In this document: positions 1-10,533 of the stretch, in pieces
Layout of the letters: every line of letters starts with the position of its first letter
How positions within the stretch are numbered: the stretch's first letter is position 1
Assembly: GCF_032191835.1 (NCBI RefSeq)
Contig: NC_083240.1
Span: forward strand, 124,001 to 188,000
Length of the DNA: 64,000 bases
Reading direction: 5' to 3'
Origin: Heteronotia binoei
Lineage: Eukaryota
Notes under the pieces: generated by a model
What the model was told of the DNA's origin: nothing
Seen by the model: the letters and a program-made list of their open reading frames with translations, nothing else
Databases searched by the model: none
Program-made: the position numbers and the translations under genes

Positions 1-16
1 TGAAAAGTAGGGCAGG

Positions 17-200
17 AACATAAGAGAAGCCATGTGGGATCAGGCCAATGGCCCATTCAGTCCAACACTTTGTGTCACATAGTGGCCAAAAAAACCAGGA
101 GCCATCAGGAGGTCCATCAGTGAGGCCAGGACACTAGAAGTTCTCACACTGTTGCCCTTCCTAAGCAGAGTTGCATCAGTACTTAGTTTTCGTGCCCTTT
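17..200 (-). mobile_element. CR1 LINE 3' end fragment
   Basis: aacataagagaagccatgt.ggatcaggccaatggcccat.cagtccaacac, shared with 3559, 45781 and 60477. Confidence 0.65.
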
Positions 201-1267
201 CTTACACGCCCAGGGAAATGCTGATCACCACTTTGGAGTCAGGAAGCAATTTTCTCCAGGCTGGTTTGGCCAGGTATTTGGAGAAATTTTTGCCATCTTC
301 TGGACATGGAGAAGGGTCAATGGGTGTTTGGGGGGAGGCGAGATACTTGTGAATTTCTTCTTTTGTGCAGGGGCTGAATTAGATGACCTTGGAGGTCCCT
401 TCCAACTCCACAATTTTATAATCACTCCATCTTGTCAGGATTCCATTTCATCTCATTCACCTTCAGCCCATTAGGCAAAGCAATAATCACCCACATGCCA
501 ATGACACCCAGCTCTAAATTTCTTTATCAAAATCCAAACCCCCACCCCACCCTGCTCCTGAGGAGCTCTAGTATCTGGAGACAGAAAAGGCTCCTTCTCT
601 CAGCATTCTCCATCCCCAGCACATCCCCCCCTTTGGTCCTGTTTCTCTGAACTAAACGTCCCCGGACTCTCTGCTCCAACTCCTTAATCAATTTAATAAC
701 CAGTGGGCAGGAAAAGTTCAGTATGGGGGTGGGGGGGAGCCCTGATGTGGTCCAGCGGCTGACCTCTACCCAAGCAAGAGCGAGGAATCCTTGCCCAGCA
801 ATGCTCCAGCTGGCACTGGCAGCGTCAGCCCTTCTTGAGCCACCAAGCCAAACAGGAGTCAATTCTTTGCTGCCTGCCTGGGAGGGAGGGAGGGAGGGCG
901 CCCTCCGCCTGTGCAGCCTCTCCCAGCTACCCTGAAGAAATGAACTCCCGTCCTCGGAGGAGTGCTGAAGGCGCCGTTTGTGCGGAACCCCCGGCGATGG
1001 CGTTGCGCGCGGCCCTCCTCGCTCCCCCCCTCCGCACCTGGCCGCGCTCTCGGGGGTCCATCCAGGCACGTGGTCCGCGGCTCGGAATAAACGGGGACGC
1101 GGGCCCTTTAAGAGGCCTAGTCGGTGCGCTGGAGCCTGCGGCGCCTCACCGCCACCCATGCCGAAGGTCTGAGGGCCGGGGCGGCTGGGCGCTCGTCCCC
1201 CCCCCCTCCTCCACGCCCCCCCGGCCCCCCACGCCCGCCCCCGGCCCCCCAGGCGGCCCCGGCTCAC

Positions 1268-1318
1268 CCCGCTGTCGGCCGCCTCCTCCCAACTCTCGGC
1301 GACCTCCTCATCTTCCAT
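1268..1318 (-). CDS. SZRD1: SUZ RNA-binding domain-containing protein 1, first coding exon (rest of the gene lies left of the window)
   Basis: ATG at 1318 encodes MEDEEVAESWEEAADSG, matching the recalled SZRD1 N-terminus. It is followed immediately by a GTGAGC donor (intron starts 1267). Lies in a CpG island, head-to-head with FBXO42 as in human. Confidence 0.93.
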
Positions 1319-1319
1319 T

Positions 1320-1700
1320 GTAATTCCCCTCCGCCGCCAGCCCGCCTAACGCGCATGCGCACACCGCTCCCAGCCGCTGGAGGACCCCCGCTCTCAGCCG
1401 ACCGCCGCTCCGACTCGCACATGCGCCCCTGGTTCTTCCCGGGCTTCCTCTAGCACATGCGCACTTCTCCAGTTCTGTTGCCCGAACAGGGCTTCTTCCT
1501 ACGCCTGCGCATGTAGGATACCCTTTCCCCCCCCTTGGGGTTCCGCGCATGCTCCTTTCCCGAATTGAGCGCGCCGCGCTTTTTGCACATGCGCACTTGT
1601 GACGCAGTGGCGGTCCCGCGTGCGACTCGCTCAGGCGAAGCTAAGTCGCCGGGCCGGGCGCGTTTCCCTCTTGCTGCCCGGCCAGGTGGTGTGGTGTGGG
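1320..1700. promoter_or_regulatory. SZRD1 CpG-island promoter with a cluster of NRF1-type GCGCATGCGC motifs
   Basis: CpG-rich. NRF1-like motifs at 1351-1360 (gcgcatgcgc), 1416-1426, 1453-1463, 1506-1514, 1544-1552 and 1585-1595. Confidence 0.7.
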
Positions 1701-2236
1701 GAGGCGAGTTCCGCAGAGCTGCCTGGGCACCCTCTCTCTTCCCCCTCAGACTAGGCCTGCTGGCTCCCGCCGGGGGCCTCCCGTGGAGGGCGGGGGCGGG
1801 CTGGGTCAAAGGGGGCGGAAGCCGCCCCCTCCCCAAGTGCTTCGTCTGCCGGCCAGATCACGGCACGGCACCGCCCGCTGCGCCAGCCCTTCCAGCCAGA
1901 GCCGCAGGCCAGCAGAGCCTTTGGGCGGGGCCAGCAGGCCCACCGCCATCCGTCCATCCCATAGCCTGGCCCGCAACGGACCGAGGGCGCTGCTCTGCAA
2001 CTGCTTTGCTTTCATTTTTGAGGCAGGGTTTTCTCTAGCGATGCCGACCTCTTTTACAGCACAAGGGACACTGCCAGGATGTATATACCAGGATGCTTCA
2101 CTCTGGCATCGGATTAGAGAATCTGAATTTAACATTCCAAAAGTTCCCTAGGCTGTTTAACATATGGATGCACCAAAGATCTCTAGAACCTACCAGAGGC
2201 TGTCTATCGACCTTTCAGTATAATAGTACAACATGA

Positions 2237-2371
2237 CAGGGGTGGCCAACGGTAGCTCTCCAGATTTTTTTTGCCTACAACTCCCATCAGCCCCAGCGAA
2301 CATGGCCAATGGCTGGGGCTGATGGGGGTTTTAGGCAAAAACATATGGAGAGCGACAGTTGGCCACCCCTG
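2237..2371. mobile_element. Palindromic hAT-type MITE (CAGGGGTGGCCAAC termini)
   Basis: Near-perfect foldback. 8-bp flanks caacatga / caatgtga. Same element at 29846-29981, with a partial copy near 13849-13910. Confidence 0.8.
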
Positions 2372-3009
2372 CAATGTGAGATAACCATCAATTCTCTTCT
2401 TTTTATTAAAAGCTGCAAATCAGACTGAAAACCATAATAGACTTTACTGAAAAAACAGCATGATTAGAAAATACAAACGTGAAAATTAACCCTGTAGCTA
2501 ATGGCAAAAACAAACACTACAACTCACACATGCACATACACAATTCTCAAACATTCTTCTGAGACTTCCATCCAGAGAAATGTCATTTGCCTACCGAGGC
2601 AAATTTTTATAGAAAAATATCAGTCTTGGCCTTACTCTAAACCTTTTCTCAATCACAGATGATCTAGAAAAGTTATTGGTCTTTTTTTGTGGTTCAATTC
2701 CAGTCAAGTCTTACTCAGCGACCCCATAGACCAAGTCACGCCAGGCCCGCCTGTCTTCCACCATCCTCTAAAGTCTACTCAAATTCATTTCTGTTACATC
2801 AGTAACCCTGCAGCCATCTCATCTTTTGCCGTCCCCTTCTTTTGCCTTGTCTTTCCCAGCATCAGGATCTTCTCCAGGAAGTGCTCCCTTCTCATTTGGT
2901 GGCCAAAGTATTTGAGCGAACAAAGTATTGAGAACAAAGTATTGTTCTTAAGTACATATAATTTTTTTAAATATTCAATTTATATCCTGCCCTCCTTCAA
3001 TTTATATCC

Positions 3010-3532
3010 TTCAATTTATATCCTACCACTTAGGGCAGGGGTAGTCATATAAGGCATGACAATAAAATGAAAGCATTTCACAAGGGCAAAAAATCCAGAG
3101 TTAAAATGATAATAACAACATAAGAAATCGCCTTAGTGGTGATGCTATGATGTACTCTTCCGAGTGGTGCCTGTGATGCTAGTTGCTGGCCATAAGGCCA
3201 GGGCTACTGCTAGGGGAGGCTGAAAGATGGAGGAATGTGGACACCAGCTGCCTCAACTGAAAGCCTGGCGCCCCAGCACCATCTTACAGGCCCTGAAGAA
3301 TTGTAATAGAGCTTGCAGGGCCCTGATCTCGATGGGTAGCTTGTTCCACCAGAAGGACCTGGCCCTAGTTGAGGCTAGGTGGACATCCTTCAGGCTAGGG
3401 ACAACCAGATGCTGGTCAATTGAGCACAAGGCTCTACAGGGCACATATGGGGAGAGACGGCCCTGGAGAGATCAGCTGCCCTGAGCCTGTCGGGAGGGCG
3501 GGATATAAATCTGATAAATAAATAAATAAATG
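3010..3532. mobile_element. L2 3' fragments (minus-strand ORF end ~3010-3450; plus-strand tail ~3475-3532)
   Basis: Minus strand translates to FWWNKLPIEIRALQALLQFFRACKMVL, like the end of the 18765 L2. Plus-strand ctgagcc...gggagggcgggatataaat...(aata)n tail. Confidence 0.7.
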
Positions 3533-3558
3533 CAGGTCCCTGGCTGTATAGGGCATTA

Positions 3559-3822
3559 GAACATAAGAGAAGCCATGTTGGATCAGGCCAAAGGCCCATC
3601 AAGTCCAACACTCTGTGTCACACAGTGGCAAAAAATTTTATATACACACATACACTGTGGCTAATAGCCACTGATGGACCTCTGCTCCATATTTTTATCT
3701 AAACCCCTCTTGAAGGTGGCTATACTTGTGGCCGCCACCACCTCCTGTGGCAGTGAATTCCACATGTTAATCACCCTTTGGGTGAAGAAGTACTTCCTTT
3801 TATCCGTTTTAACCTGTCTGCT
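3559..3822 (-). mobile_element. CR1 LINE 3' end
   Basis: Near-exact reverse complement of 60477-60705, whose frame gives RVINMWNSLPQEVVAATSIATFKRGLDK (CR1 ORF2 end). Confidence 0.8.
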
Positions 3823-3878
3823 CAGCAAAAGTGAACACTAACAGCTTGAACTTAATCCAACAAATGCTTCTAACAATC

Positions 3879-4055
3879 AGAACTTTTTGGTAGCAGGCAC
3901 TCCTGTGCATATTATGCCACAAACCTAATACAGCCAATCCCCCAAGAGTTTACAGTAAGCCCTGTACTAAGAGGCCTGTAAGCTCTTGGTGGATTGGCTA
4001 CATTAGGGGTGTGTGGTCTAATATGCAAAGGAGTTCCTGCTACACAAAAAGCCCT
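3879..4055. mobile_element. Foldback MITE
   Basis: Left tttttggtagcaggcactcctgtgcatatta is the near reverse complement of right taatatgcaaaggagttcctgctacacaaaaa. Confidence 0.65.
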
Positions 4056-4350
4056 CCTAAGAATACATCTGATATGTCCTTAATATGGCTGCTAACAGAT
4101 GGGTATTTGGGGGCAGAGTGGAGGCACCACAAATCAGGCTGGCTCAAAAACAGTTGTCCCGAAGCCTCCACATGCTCCCCAGCAAGGCAGCCAGGTGCCT
4201 CCAGATGCCGGACTCCCCTTCCCCCCACCCATGAGTCAAGCACTCATGCACTCCGGCACTCTGGCTACTATCTTTGAGGGGGAAAGGGAAGTGGTAGCTT
4301 TTTGAGCTGTTCTCAGGAGCCTGGAGGATGGGGTGAGGATGGGATGATGC

Positions 4351-4488
4351 AGATGTTAGTGTCTGGAGGGGCTTTTTGGGTCAAGACAGATGTTGGTGTC
4401 GAGGGGTTTTTGGGTCGAGGCAGATGTTGGTGTCTGGAGGGGCTTTTTGGGTCGAGGCAGATGTTGGTGTCTGGGGAGGGGTTGGGTC
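4351..4488. repeat. About 35-37-bp minisatellite, four units
   Basis: agatgttggtgtctggaggggctttttgggtcgaggc repeated. Confidence 0.8.
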
Positions 4489-4787
4489 AACTTCAGAGAT
4501 GTCTCTGAGTCGGTCCAAAGTTCTGGTCTGTAATCACCCTATCTTTCCTAAAGCAAGATTTGGCCACTGTGTGACAGAGTGTTGGACTGGATGGGCCAAT
4601 ATGGCATTTCCTATGTTCTTATGTAAGGCCAAATTTAACTCAAAATCCCCATTAAAAGGCAATTAATCGTAATGTTTTGGTAACTTTCAATTAACTGTCA
4701 AATATCACAGTAAACCTCAACCAGGGTTCACTTGACAGTTGAGCCTTGTGTGATCTCAGAGACTTCAGAAAAACCTGGGCATCAGGA

Positions 4788-5075
4788 AAGAAGAAGAAGA
4801 TAGAAGAAGAAGATATTGGATTTATATCCCGCCCTCCACTCCGAAGAGTCTCAGAGCGGCTCACAATCTCCTTTACCATCCTCCCCCACAACAGACACCC
4901 TGTGAGGTGGGTGGGGCTGGAGAGGGCTCTCCCAGCAGCTGCCCTTTCAAGGACAACTTCTGCCAGAGCTCTGGCTGACCCAAGGCCATTCCAGCAGGTG
5001 CAAGTGGAGGAGTGGGGAATCAAACCCGGTTTTCCCAGATAAGAGTCCACACACTTAACCACTACACCAAACTGG
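4788..5075 (-). mobile_element. tRNA-derived SINE with L2-like tail (Squam3/Ther1-like), full length
   Basis: Minus strand reads ccagtttggtgtagtggttaag (A box), GGTTTGATTCC-type B box, body, then gtgagccgctctgag...gagggcgggatataaat and a (tct)n tail. Confidence 0.85.
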
Positions 5076-5439
5076 TGATCCAATCAAAATACTGCTACAG
5101 GGAGTCAGTGGTTGAAGTGTAATGGACACTAGGGATGCTGCGCTGGGTATCGGGGACAGGCAAAGGTGGCCATGGCCAAGAGGTGGCCTTTGCTGATCCC
5201 AGGCTGGGTCTTGGTGGAGTCCACAGTGGCAACTAGCTCGAAGAGATCCATGAAGAAACCGGAAGCTGTATTATGTCTCAGCATATTTATCTGAGAGATG
5301 GTGTTCTCATTCAGCAAAGAAGTTTGCAAAATCCTTCGGGATCTGAGGCAGCCCCTTCCGTCACCCCACTTGCTCTGCTGCTGCCCTGGCCTTCTGGGAG
5401 AGGAGATGGGGGGGGAGCGAGGCGCCTGGCCCAGCAAGC

Positions 5440-5863
5440 CGGTTTAACTGCGGTGACGTAAGCGGGGGCTTCTTGTCAGCGGCCCCCGCAGCCACGGAGG
5501 GGATGCTGGGCTCGAGCAGCAGGGGCGTCTCCTCCTCCTCCGGCGGCCTTCCCTTCCCAACATGGCGGCCGGCTCGTCGCGCGGAGGGAGTCACGTGCCC
5601 CGCTCTGACAGGACAATCCCTGCGCCGCCGGGTTCTCCTCGCGTCACGTGACGACGGCTGCCGCACGCCTGCGCAGTGCCGGCGTTCGCCTTTTCCGACC
5701 GTCCCTGCCCTGCCCCTCCCTCCCTCCCGACCGGGACGGCGGCGGCAAGATGGCGGCGGAGACGGTGGCCTGGAGGACCCCGGCTCCGCGCGAAGGCGGC
5801 TCGGGCTTGTCGGGGCGGCCGCCGAGACTCCCGGAAGCGCTGTGAGGAGGCGGGCGGGGCGAG
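5440..5863 (+). promoter_or_regulatory. FBXO42 CpG-island promoter and probable non-coding exon 1 (donor GAG|GTGAGC, exon ends 5863)
   Basis: CpG island with palindromic E-box GTCACGTGAC (5643-5652), a second GTCACGTG (5590-5597), YY1-type CAA(C/G)ATGGCGGC at 5558-5569 and 5746-5757, ETS-like CCGGAAG at 5831, and a strong donor at 5864. The first coding exon at 12006 has a clean acceptor and so needs an upstream exon. Confidence 0.65.
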
Positions 5864-6005
5864 GTGAGCACCGGGGGGGGGGAGGGCCCTTTGCTCCCCC
5901 CGCTCTCTGCTCCCCACAGGCCGGGCCTGGACAGGCCACTCTCCCTGCCACGCGACGCCCCCAGCCCCTGCCTCGGGCTCACGGCTGCCCCTGAAAAGGA
6001 TGGCA

Positions 6006-8048
6006 GGTTTATACCCCGCCCTTCTCCCTGCATCGGAGCGGCTCACAATCGCCTCCTCCCCCCCCCCACAACAGACGCCCCGTGAGGTGGGTGGGGCTGA
6101 GAGGGCTCCCACAGCAGCTGCCCTTTCAAGCACAACCTCTGCCAGAGCTATGGCTGACCCAAGGCCATGCTAGCAGGTGCAAGTGGAGGAGTGGGGAATC
6201 AAGCCCGGTTCTCCCAGATAAGAGTCCGCTCACTTCACCACTATGGCTGACGCAAGGCCATGCTAGCAGGTGCAAGTGGAGGAGTGGGGAATCAAGCCCG
6301 GTTCTCCCAGATAAGAGTCCGCTCACTTCACCACTATGGCTGACGCAAGGCCATTCCAGCAGCTGCAAGTGGAGGAGTGGGGAATCAAACCCGGTTCTCC
6401 CAGATAAGAATCCGCTCACTTCACCACTAGGGCTGACCCAAGGCCATTCCAGCAGCTGCAAGGGGAGGAGTGGGGAATCAAACCCGGTTCTCCCAGATAA
6501 GAGTCTGCTCACTTAACCACTATGGCTGACCCAAGGCCATGCTAGCAGGTGCAAGTGGAGGAGTGGGGAATCAAGCCCGGTTCTCCCAGATAAGAGTCCG
6601 CTCACTTCACCACTATGGCTGACGCAAGGCCATTCCAGCAGCTGCAAGTGGAGGAGTGGGGAATCAAACCCGGTTCTCCCAGATAAGAGTCTGCTCACTT
6701 AACCACTATGGCTGACCCAAGGCCATGCTAGCAGGTGCAAGTGGAGGAGTGGGGAATCAAGCCCGGTTCTCCCAGATAAGAGTCCGCTCACTTCACCACT
6801 ATGGCTGACGCAAGGCCATTCCAGCAGGTGCAAGTGGAGAAGTGGGGAATCAAACCCGGTTCTCCCAGATAAGAGAGCTATGGCTGACCCAAGGCCATTC
6901 CAGCAGCTGCAAGTGGAGGACTGAGGAATCCAACCCGGTTCTCCCAGATAAGAGAGCTATGGCTGACCAAAGGCCATTCCAGCAGCTGCAAGTGGAGGAG
7001 TGGGGAATCAAACCTGGTTCTCCTAGATAAGAGAGCTCTGGCTGACCCAAGGCCATTCCAGCAGGTGCAAGGGGAGGAGTGGGGAATCAAACCCAGTTCT
7101 CCCAGATAAGAGTCCGCTCACTTAACCACTATGGCTGACCCAAGGCCATTCCATCAGGTGCAAGTGGAGGAGTGGGGAATCAAACCCAGTTCTCCCAGAT
7201 AAGATTCCGCTCACTTCACCACTATGGCTGACCCAAGGCCATTCCAGCAGGTGCAAGGGGAGGAGTGGGGAATCAAACCCAGTTCTCCCTGATAAGAATC
7301 CGCTCACTTCACCACTATGGCTGACCCAAGGCCATTCCAGCAGGTGCAAGTGGAGAAGTGGGGAATCAAACCCGGTTCTCCCAGATAAGAGAGCTATGGC
7401 TGACCCAAGGCCATTCCAGCAGCTGCAGGTGGAGGACTGGGGAATCCAACCCGGTTCTCCCAGATAAGAGAGCTATGGCTGACCAAAGGCCATTCCAGCA
7501 GCTGCAAGTGGAGGAGTGGGGAATCAAACCTGGTTCTCCTAGATAAGAGAGCTCTGGCTGACCCAAGGCCATTCCAGCAGGTGCAAGTGGAGAAGTGGGG
7601 AATCAAACCCGGTTCTCCCAGATAGGAGAGCTCTGGCTGACTCAAGGCCATTCCAGCAGCTGCAAGTGGAGGAGTGGGGAATCCAACCCGGTTCTCCCAG
7701 ATAAGAGAGCTATGGCTGACCAAAGGCCATTCCAGCAGCTGCAAGTGGAGGAGTGGGGAATCAAACCTGGTTCTCCTAGATAAGAGAGCTCTGGCTGACC
7801 CAAGGCCATTCCAGCAGGTGCAAGTGGTGAAGTGGGGAATCAAACCCGGTTCTCCCAGATAAGAGAGCTCTGGCTGACCCAAGGCCATTCCAGCAAGTGC
7901 AAGTGGTGGACTGGGGAATCCAACCCGGTTCTCCCAGATAAGAGAGCTATGGCTGACCCAAGGCCATTCCAGCAGCTGCAAGTGGGGAGTCAAACCTGGT
8001 TCTCCCAGATAAGAGTCTGCACACTTACCCACTACACCAAATTGGCTC
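6006..8048 (-). mobile_element. Squam3-like SINE with its 5' head expanded into a 22-unit tandem array (6148-8043)
   Basis: One 3' tail (~6006-6147) and one true 5' end (~8043). Between them, units start at 6148, 6241, 6334, 6427, 6520, 6613, 6706, 6799, 6878, 6957, 7036, 7129, 7222, 7315, 7394, 7473, 7552, 7631, 7710, 7789, 7868 and 7947 (93- and 79-bp periods). Confidence 0.9.
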
Positions 8049-10265
8049 TCTCTGCATCTCAAATGCCCCGAGCCTTCTCTGCAGGGTGACTCACACTCTT
8101 TCTGCTGGGGGCTGCCAGATCTGGAGAAATCTCCATATAAATCCCTTTGTCTTCTTCCGGCCTTGTCTTTGCTGTGCCATGTCTCAGAAACTGCTCTCCT
8201 TGGAGCTGCTGCCCTGCCAGGAGCTTTGCTGAGACAGGCAGGCTGCCAGCTGCTTTCCTTCACATGCCTTGCCTGCGCTGGTGACTTTGCCTTCTGAAAG
8301 ACTGCTCTTGCTGAAACTGAAACTGGGGGGGCATTTTTAGCATGTGCTTTGCTTCTCTTAGCTTCATGTGGTCAGTCTCTTTAGTCTATTTAGGCCAATA
8401 ACACTATCCCTGACTGGCAAAAGCTGTCCAGAATTTCAGGCAGAGTAAGGTTTTTCTCAGGACCTCAGCTAGGGGGTCACTCCTGAGGCATCCTGGCACA
8501 AACCACACCTTCTCTCCTAATTGATATATCCTCAGTCCGGGATCATCGTGTTCTAAAGTTGGAAATCCTGAAGCTGCCATATGATTTTAAAGATTGGCCT
8601 TAAATCCCATGTCCACAGATTCTATAAAAGGCAATTTTTGGAGAGCCACTGGAAGCCCTTTGCTTCAATCCCAGATGCACACATAGCAATTGTCATTAAG
8701 TGGGTGCTGACGCCAGTGCAGGTGAAGCCCACGTAAAGGCTTCAAAACTCTGGTATGAGTCAGATCTGATGTCTGGACATGGGCTGTACAAAATTATGCT
8801 TTTTTTAAAATGACCAGAATCATTCCTTGTGCATGTGTTTTAAATCCATTGCACTGAATTACACCTTTATTGTCAGTGTTGTTGTAAATAGCTTCATAAC
8901 ATTGTTTGTGATGAAAGAATACCCGTTTTTGGCAGAAAAAAAGGAAATATTATGGATTTTTTTCATTTTAGGCTGAAGATCTAGCAAAAGCAACCATAGT
9001 GTAGTAAGTTTGGGCTTCTATAGAAGGGTTCACTGTAGCATGGACAACTATAGCAAAATTTTTGCAGATGAAGTTGCCCAGGGATTTCAGTGTACCTGTC
9101 GAGCTTTAAGCACAGCTCCTAGTCATCTGAATGGTTGGGGTGTATGGCAAGCACTTTTGAGAGAAAGCTGGTAGGTGTGTGCATGCCCATTCAATGTCCC
9201 TTTGAGGTGCAAGTTCCCTGAACGCTCCCCATTGATATTATCTGGATCTAATCTGTATTCTTACATCTTTGCCAAAAACGGGGTTTTATTGGGGGTGGGG
9301 ATGGGTGCTTTGAACTGCTTTGCTGTGGCTTGTCTGTAGGGCAGAGGAAAAGAAACCTGTTGTCTTTGGCCCTCAGGCTTTACCCAAGGAGAAAACTGAA
9401 GGCTGCTGGCATCAGGTGATGGAGGCTGTGGCCATGGTGGCACCGCCGTTCAAACATGGAAGGCTGGCCCCTCCACTCAGCACGCCTGACTGTGCACTGG
9501 GTGGAGGGGGGGGGGAGGGCGGCAGTGGGACAAGCATGTGTGGGAAGGACCCAGAGTGCCCCACAGCTGCCTGCCTGGACCACTCACCCACCAGTCCCCC
9601 GCTACCGCTGTCCTTGGGAGACTTGCTCAGCTGCCGGCTCTGCCAGCCCACCCGGAGCTACTCGGCCAGCACCATCGAGGCCTTTGTGCAGGGCTTCTAG
9701 GGCTCCCCGGCAGCAGCAAGGCTGGACTCCGTCTCCCTAGAAGCCAGTGCAGAGTGAGCCAGGCTGCCTCCCATGTGTTCCCCGGTGTACTGGCTTGGCC
9801 CGCCCACCCGCCTCCCTTCCTTTCTCCTCCACATCTTGCCAGCTCCATGTGCCCTGGGGCAGGGAGCCACCTCCGCTTGCTTCCCAGTACATCCTGTCTG
9901 AGCAAAAGCCATCAGGGGGGGTGCCCCTTCGGAGTGCCAGGTGGGTTGGAAGAGCAGGTGCAGCCGGGGGAGGGGGAGAGGAGTGTCCAGCCCACCCTTC
10001 GTGGAGTTGCAGCTTGGCTTCCCTGATGCCACCAGCCAGGGAGAGGGTTCTTGCTGTGAGGAGGGGGGATTATTTTGCTGCAAGGAGGCAGCTACTGCCA
10101 GCCCCCTGCCCCCCAAACAAAAATGCTGTCCCTGTGCCCCTCCAAACTTTAAATCCTAGCTACAGCCCTCCTATGATGGCTTACCTTGCATAACTTTTAG
10201 GCACTGAAACGCTAAAAATGTTGCAGGAGAAACCACAATGCTTTGGTTCTTCCTTCCAAGTAAGC

Positions 10266-10533
10266 GTGGCTGTAGTCTGCTTGTGTGTGAGGGGAGGGTG
10301 GTATCCAGTGCTGCCTGGCACAGGGCTTGCTCAACCTGGACACCCTCGCTTCAGGAAGCAGGTTCTGCAGAAGCCCATGGGACTTGGCAGTCAGTGACCA
10401 GTGGCTGCAGTCTGCGTGTGTGTGGGGGGGGGGGATCCAGTGCTGCCTGGCACAGGGCTCGCTCAACCTGGACACTCTCGTTTCAGGAAGCAGGTTCTGC
10501 AGAAGCCCATGGGACTTGGCAGTCAGTGACCAG
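10266..10533. repeat. 135-bp direct tandem duplication in FBXO42 intron 1
   Basis: gtggctg.agtctgc...gacttggcagtcagtgaccag at 10266 and again at 10401. Confidence 0.85.

Noticed and set aside
527-1267. Continuation of the 263-aa minus-strand ORF after MEDEEVAESWEEAADSG
   Set aside because: Read-through into GC-rich intron 1 past a consensus donor; no similarity to the rest of SZRD1.
6148-8043. CRISPR-like or tRNA-gene-array interpretation of the regular repeat
   Set aside because: Eukaryotic context with no unique spacers. The units are head-to-tail SINE fragments and do not form complete tRNA cloverleaves.
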